DNA of 18,246 nucleotides from an uncultured Gammaproteobacteria bacterium (GTDB taxonomy: Bacteria > Patescibacteriota > Patescibacteriia > VMEV01 > CAZAJQ01). The notes below the pieces were generated by a model. That model made no database searches. It saw only the letters and a program-made list of their open reading frames with translations, and was not told where the DNA came from. The stretch spans positions 51,533 to 69,778 of the forward strand of contig CAZAJQ010000003.1 in the NCBI GenBank assembly GCA_964485795.1, given 5' to 3'. Both the position numbers and the translations under genes were made by a program. Positions 13,901-18,246 of the stretch are shown here, in pieces (positions within the stretch are counted from its first letter, which is position 1; the number at the start of each line of letters is the position of its first letter).

Positions 13901-14282
13901 CAAGCTCAATCATCTTGTGGAAGACAAGATTCACCAGCGTTCCATCGGACCGTATTCACTCATCACCCAGCAACCCTTGGGAGGCAAGGCGCAATTCGGC
14001 GGACAGAGATTCGGAGAAATGGAAGTATGGGCGCTGGAAGCCTATGGCGCGGCGCATATTTTGCAGGAAATCTTGACCATCAAGTCCGATGATGTCATGG
14101 GACGCTCCAAGGCGTATGAGTCCATCATCAAGGGTGAATCCATTCAAAAGGTGAATATTCCGGAGTCATTCAATGTGCTTATTCGAGAGCTGAAAGGATT
14201 ATGTCTTGATGTGGAGATTTTCAACGAAAACAATGAAAAGGTCGAAGAAAGAAACGTGGATGCGACTTCACTTGTTTCCTGA
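10929..14282 (+). CDS. rpoB: DNA-directed RNA polymerase beta subunit (1117 aa)
   Basis: Full-length ORF with hallmark blocks: [49 protein letters not shown] (the rifampicin-cluster region), [15 protein letters not shown] and [24 protein letters not shown]. There is a good SD. Stop is TGA 14280-14282. Confidence 0.97.
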   Translation: [1117 protein letters not shown]

Positions 14283-14323
14283 TCATTGCTTCGGCTCTTA
14301 TTTCGCTGTCAAATTTTTCATAT

Positions 14324-17300
14324 ATGTATCAACCCATAAAAATAAGCGATTTCAATGCGATACGTCTCAAACTCGCTTCCCCAGAAGAGATCTTGAAATG
14401 GTCTCATGGGGAGGTGCTCAAACCCGAGACCATCAATTACCGCACCCAGCGCCCGGAAAAGGACGGACTTTTCTGCGAGAAAATATTCGGACCATCCAAA
14501 GACTGGGAATGTTATTGCGGCAAGTACAAAAAAATCCGTTACAAGGGCATCATTTGCGACAAATGCGGCGTGGAAGTGACGCGTTCCATCGTGCGAAGAG
14601 AGCGCATGGGACATATCAAGCTTTCAGCGCCGGTTTCCCATATTTGGTTTTTGCGGGGCGTTCCGAGCAAAATCGGTTTGATCTTGGACATTTCCGTTCA
14701 AAATCTTGAAAAGGTGATTTATTTCGCGAATTTCATCATTACCCATGTCAATGAAGATCTCCGCAAGCAAACTCTCGAGCAGCTCAAGGCCGAATATGTT
14801 AGCAAGAAAAAAGGCATTGAAGGCGATCATAAGTCCAAAATCGATGCGGCGAAAAAAGACAAGCAAGCGTCCGAAAAGACCGTGAATGACATGGAGGACA
14901 AAAAATTGGAAATGCTCAATGAACTTGAAGAAAAATTTTTGGCCGCGGAAAAGGAACTCAAAGATTTGAAACGACTCAAAATCATTTCCGAAAATGAGTA
15001 TCATGAATTGTCACTCAAATACGGCCATGTCTTTGACGCCAGCATCGGAGCCGAAGCCATTCACAAGATTCTCAAAGAAATCGATTTGGTGGTTTTTACG
15101 ATGCAATTGGAAAAAGAAGTTGCAAAAGTTTCGGGCGCAAAGCATGAAAAGCTCCTTCGAAGAATCAAGCTGCTCAAAAATCTCCAGAGAAATAATATTC
15201 GACCCGAATGGATGATCATGACGATGATTCCCGTCATCCCGCCGGATCTGCGTCCCATGGTTCCCCTCGACGGAGGACGTTTTGCGACCTCGGATCTCAA
15301 TGATCTCTATCGCCGCATCATCAACCGCAACAATCGGCTCAAACAGCTCATCGAGCTCAAGGCTCCGGAAGTCATCACGCGCAATGAAAAACGCATGCTG
15401 CAGGAAGCGTTTGACGCGTTGATTGACAATGGCGCTCGACATGGGAAGACCGTAACGGCTTCCACGGGTCAAAAGAGAATGCTCAAGTCGCTTGCCGACA
15501 TGCTGAAAGGCAAGCAAGGTCGATTTCGACAAAATTTGCTTGGAAAACGAACGGATTATTCGGGACGCTCGGTGATCGTCGTCGGACCTAAACTCAAAAT
15601 GTACGAATGCGGACTTCCAAAGAAAATGGCTTTGGAGCTTTTCAAACCCTTTGTCATGAGCCGTCTGATCAAGCAGGGGTATGTGCACAATGTCAGAAGC
15701 GCCGCACGTTTCATCGAAAGCGATCAAGCCATCGTTTGGGACATTCTCGAAGAATTGACTAAGGATGCGCATGTGCTTCTCAATCGAGCTCCGACTTTGC
15801 ATCGTCTCGGTATCCAGGCGTTCAAACCCATTTTGATCGAAGGCAAGGCCATACGCGTGCATCCGCTCGTATGCGCGGCGTTTAACGCCGATTTTGACGG
15901 AGACCAGATGGCGGTTCACCTTCCGCTCACCGCGGAAGCTCGCGAAGAGGCGGCGACTATCATGCTTTCATCCCGCAATCTCCTCAAGCCGGCCACTGGA
16001 GACCCCATCACCGGACCCACCATGGACATTGTTTGGGGATGTTATTATTTGACCTATATCGCTCCCGAGGATACGCCGGACGTGTATTTCAGCGATTTTG
16101 AAGAAGCGTTGCTGGCATACAGTTTACGTCGCATTTCTCTGCAGAAAAATATACATATTTTGCAAAAAGAAGGCGATCAAAAATATTTGGCCACGTCCGC
16201 CGGCCGCATTATTTTCAATCAGATTTTTCAGGGTAAAATGCCGTTTATCAACGGTGTCATGGACAAGAAAATGCTCAATAAGATCATCGGAGAGTATCTC
16301 GAAAAGTATGGGATCCAAACCACGTCGCAGCTGCTTGACGACATGAAAGAGATGGGATTTCGGTACATTACCAAATCCGGTCTTTCTTGGGGTATGGACG
16401 ACGTGCCGGATCTCAACGACAAAAAAGTTATTATCGAAGATGCCGAAAAGCTCGTGGATGAAACGACCGAACAATTTGAAATGGGTTTGCTTACCGATTC
16501 CGAACGATATACCAAGGTCGTGGACATTTGGACACAGGTGAAGGAGAAAATCGCAAAGATCAGCCAAAGTTCATTGCCGAAAAACGGACCCGTGGCAACC
16601 ATGCTTGATTCCGGCTCACGCGGAAACTGGAGCCAGCTCACGCAAATCGTGGGTATGAAGGGGCTGGTCACGAATCCGGTCGGTGAAATCATCGAGCTTC
16701 CCATCAAAAAGAGTTTTAAAGAAGGATTCGGAGTTTTGGAATACTTTATTTCCACGCACGGAGCCCGAAAAGGTTTGTCCGATACGGCTTTGCGTACGGC
16801 CAATGCCGGTTACTTGACGCGAAGACTGGTGGACGTATCGCAGGAAATCATTACCCGCATCGAGGATTGCGGCACTCATGAAGGCATTGTGATCCCCAAA
16901 GCCGCCGATTTGAAAGATCGCATCGAGGGTCGATTCGCGGCCGAAGATGTCGTGGATCCCAAGTCCAAGAAAGTTTTGGCAGCCAAGGATACATTGCTTG
17001 ACAAGTATATCGTCGCCGCGATCGAAAAAAGCGCGGTTCCATCCGTGAAAATCCGCTCGCTTTTGTCATGCGAATCGCCCAAGGGAGTATGCGTGAAATG
17101 CTATGGTTATGATCTCGGCACTCGAAACACCGCTTTGCTTGGAGCGGCCGTCGGAGTCATTGCCGCGCAAAGCATCGGAGAGCCCGGTACTCAGCTCACC
17201 ATGAGAACGTTTCATACCGGTGGTATCGCAGGTCACGACATCACCCAAGGTTTGCCTCGCGTCGAAGAAATTTTTGAGGCGCGCACACCGAAAAGAAAGG

Positions 17301-18217
17301 CGTTTTTGGCCGAAAACGGCGGTAAAGTGAAAATCGTGGAAGTGAATATCGCCCAGGACAGCGATGACAATGATGGGCTCACGAGCACGATCAAACAAAA
17401 GGCGATTCAGATTGCCTATATGTCCGAGGAAGTCAAAGAATACAAGTTTCAGGATTATGTGAAAAAAGCTTCAAAAAAATTCGATAAAAAAGCTTTTGAA
17501 GTCAAAGTGAAAGAAGGAAGCAAGGTGGGGGAAGGAACGGTGCTTTTTTATACCCCCGGAGGAGATGAAGTGCTTGCGGACATGGCCGGAAAAGTGAGCA
17601 TCACGGACATTGGACTGAGCATTGCCGGAAAACAGGAAAAGACCGATGAATACCTTGTTCCCTTGGGAATGAATATTCTCGTATCCGATGGAACACTCGT
17701 GGAAAAGGGCGAAAAATTGACCGAAGGCAATATTGATCTCAAGCAGCTGTATCGTCTCAAAGGCGTTCTCCCTACCCAAGAATATATCATTAAGGAGATC
17801 AAAGAAATTTACGCGTCCCAAGGACAAAAGCTCAATGACAAGCACGTGGAGATCATTTCACGTCAAATGTTTTCACGCGTCTCTATCAAGGATCCCGGAG
17901 ATACGGATTTGTTGCCCGGCGACATCATCGAACGATCCGAACTTTTGGAGCACAATGCGAAATTGCAAAAGGGTCAGAAAAAAGCGGTTGGCGAAAGACT
18001 GCTTTTGGGAGTGACAAAAGTCTCGCTTTCCACGCGCAGCTTTCTTGCGGCCGCTTCTTTTCAGGAAACCGCCAAAGTGCTTATCAACGCTGCAATAAAC
18101 GGCAAAGTGGATCGTCTCGAGGGTTTGAAAGAAAATGTCATCATCGGACGTTTGATTCCCGTGGGAGCCAGCTACAAACCCGACCAGCCAAAAAAATCTT
18201 CGGAAAGCATCGGATAA
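14324..18217 (+). CDS. rpoC: DNA-directed RNA polymerase beta' subunit (1297 aa)
   Basis: Starts 41 nt after rpoB. Zn-binding CYCGKYKKIRYKGIICDKCGVEV, catalytic NADFDGDQM at 15884-15910, RAPTLHRLGIQAF, and bridge-helix-region GARKGLSDTALRTANAGYLTRRLVDV. Stop is TAA 18215-18217. Confidence 0.97.
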   Translation: MYQPIKISDFNAIRLKLASPEEILKWSHGEVLKPETINYRTQRPEKDGLFCEKIFGPSKDWECYCGKYKKIRYKGIICDKCGVEVTRSIVRRERMGHIKLSAPVSHIWFLRGVPSKIGLILDISVQNLEKVIYFANFIITHVNEDLRKQTLEQLKAEYVSKKKGIEGDHKSKIDAAKKDKQASEKTVNDMEDKKLEMLNELEEKFLAAEKELKDLKRLKIISENEYHELSLKYGHVFDASIGAEAIHKILKEIDLVVFTMQLEKEVAKVSGAKHEKLLRRIKLLKNLQRNNIRPEWMIMTMIPVIPPDLRPMVPLDGGRFATSDLNDLYRRIINRNNRLKQLIELKAPEVITRNEKRMLQEAFDALIDNGARHGKTVTASTGQKRMLKSLADMLKGKQGRFRQNLLGKRTDYSGRSVIVVGPKLKMYECGLPKKMALELFKPFVMSRLIKQGYVHNVRSAARFIESDQAIVWDILEELTKDAHVLLNRAPTLHRLGIQAFKPILIEGKAIRVHPLVCAAFNADFDGDQMAVHLPLTAEAREEAATIMLSSRNLLKPATGDPITGPTMDIVWGCYYLTYIAPEDTPDVYFSDFEEALLAYSLRRISLQKNIHILQKEGDQKYLATSAGRIIFNQIFQGKMPFINGVMDKKMLNKIIGEYLEKYGIQTTSQLLDDMKEMGFRYITKSGLSWGMDDVPDLNDKKVIIEDAEKLVDETTEQFEMGLLTDSERYTKVVDIWTQVKEKIAKISQSSLPKNGPVATMLDSGSRGNWSQLTQIVGMKGLVTNPVGEIIELPIKKSFKEGFGVLEYFISTHGARKGLSDTALRTANAGYLTRRLVDVSQEIITRIEDCGTHEGIVIPKAADLKDRIEGRFAAEDVVDPKSKKVLAAKDTLLDKYIVAAIEKSAVPSVKIRSLLSCESPKGVCVKCYGYDLGTRNTALLGAAVGVIAAQSIGEPGTQLTMRTFHTGGIAGHDITQGLPRVEEIFEARTPKRKAFLAENGGKVKIVEVNIAQDSDDNDGLTSTIKQKAIQIAYMSEEVKEYKFQDYVKKASKKFDKKAFEVKVKEGSKVGEGTVLFYTPGGDEVLADMAGKVSITDIGLSIAGKQEKTDEYLVPLGMNILVSDGTLVEKGEKLTEGNIDLKQLYRLKGVLPTQEYIIKEIKEIYASQGQKLNDKHVEIISRQMFSRVSIKDPGDTDLLPGDIIERSELLEHNAKLQKGQKKAVGERLLLGVTKVSLSTRSFLAAASFQETAKVLINAAINGKVDRLEGLKENVIIGRLIPVGASYKPDQPKKSSESIG

Positions 18218-18246
18218 ATTTTGATCACTCCTCGTTTTGAGTTTTC

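Noticed and set aside
1-18246. Alternative genetic code (UGA or UAG reassignment, as in some candidate phyla)
   Set aside because: TGA, TAA and TAG all terminate ORFs at positions consistent with full-length conserved proteins: ileS and rpoB end in TGA, P2 in TAG and rpoC in TAA. rpoB and rpoC have no in-frame stops. This supports the standard code 11.
1-18246. Mobile element, prophage, CRISPR, tRNA/rRNA or diversity-generating retroelement content
   Set aside because: There is no transposase, integrase or reverse-transcriptase-like ORF, no terminal inverted or direct repeats flanking the cassette, and no spaced-repeat array. The intergenic regions (at most 185 nt) are too short and unstructured for tRNA genes. 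No near-identical template/variable nucleotide repeat pair was seen among the paralog tips.

Overview
All credible genes in this 18.2-kb window are on the + strand and use the standard genetic code. It looks like an uncultivated, small-genome bacterium; a CPR/Patescibacteria-like origin is only an inference from gene content. The flanks are housekeeping genes: the 3' part of ileS (1-1512), ruvA (1509-2093, ATGA overlap with ileS), and rpoB (10929-14282) plus rpoC (14324-18217) behind a strong extended -10 promoter (10790-10818). Between the flanks are two unusual single genes. One is a wHTH + GHKL-ATPase + STAS-like (DUF4325-type) fusion (2195-3250). The other is a membrane-anchored thioredoxin/DsbA-like protein that seems to have lost its redox cysteines (3284-4435). 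The main candidate for a new system is a 6.2-kb cassette (4561-10743) of seven exported proteins with no enzyme motifs. It starts with a 587-aa secreted protein carrying eight G-[YFW]-A-W repeats plus a PKD domain. It continues with two tandem copies of a three-gene module: fibre-like paralog, fibre-like paralog, TM-anchored companion. The four fibre-like paralogs share a conserved mature N-terminus (W-x-[SE]-P-x-C-x4/8-C), tail-fibre-like 'NG.VGIG..P...LHV.G' stalk motifs and divergent cysteine-rich C-terminal tips. I propose a cell-surface fibre/adhesion apparatus, but I cannot name any family for it from memory. No tRNA, rRNA, CRISPR array, transposase or integrase is visible. All domain calls come from reading the translations by eye; no searches were run.
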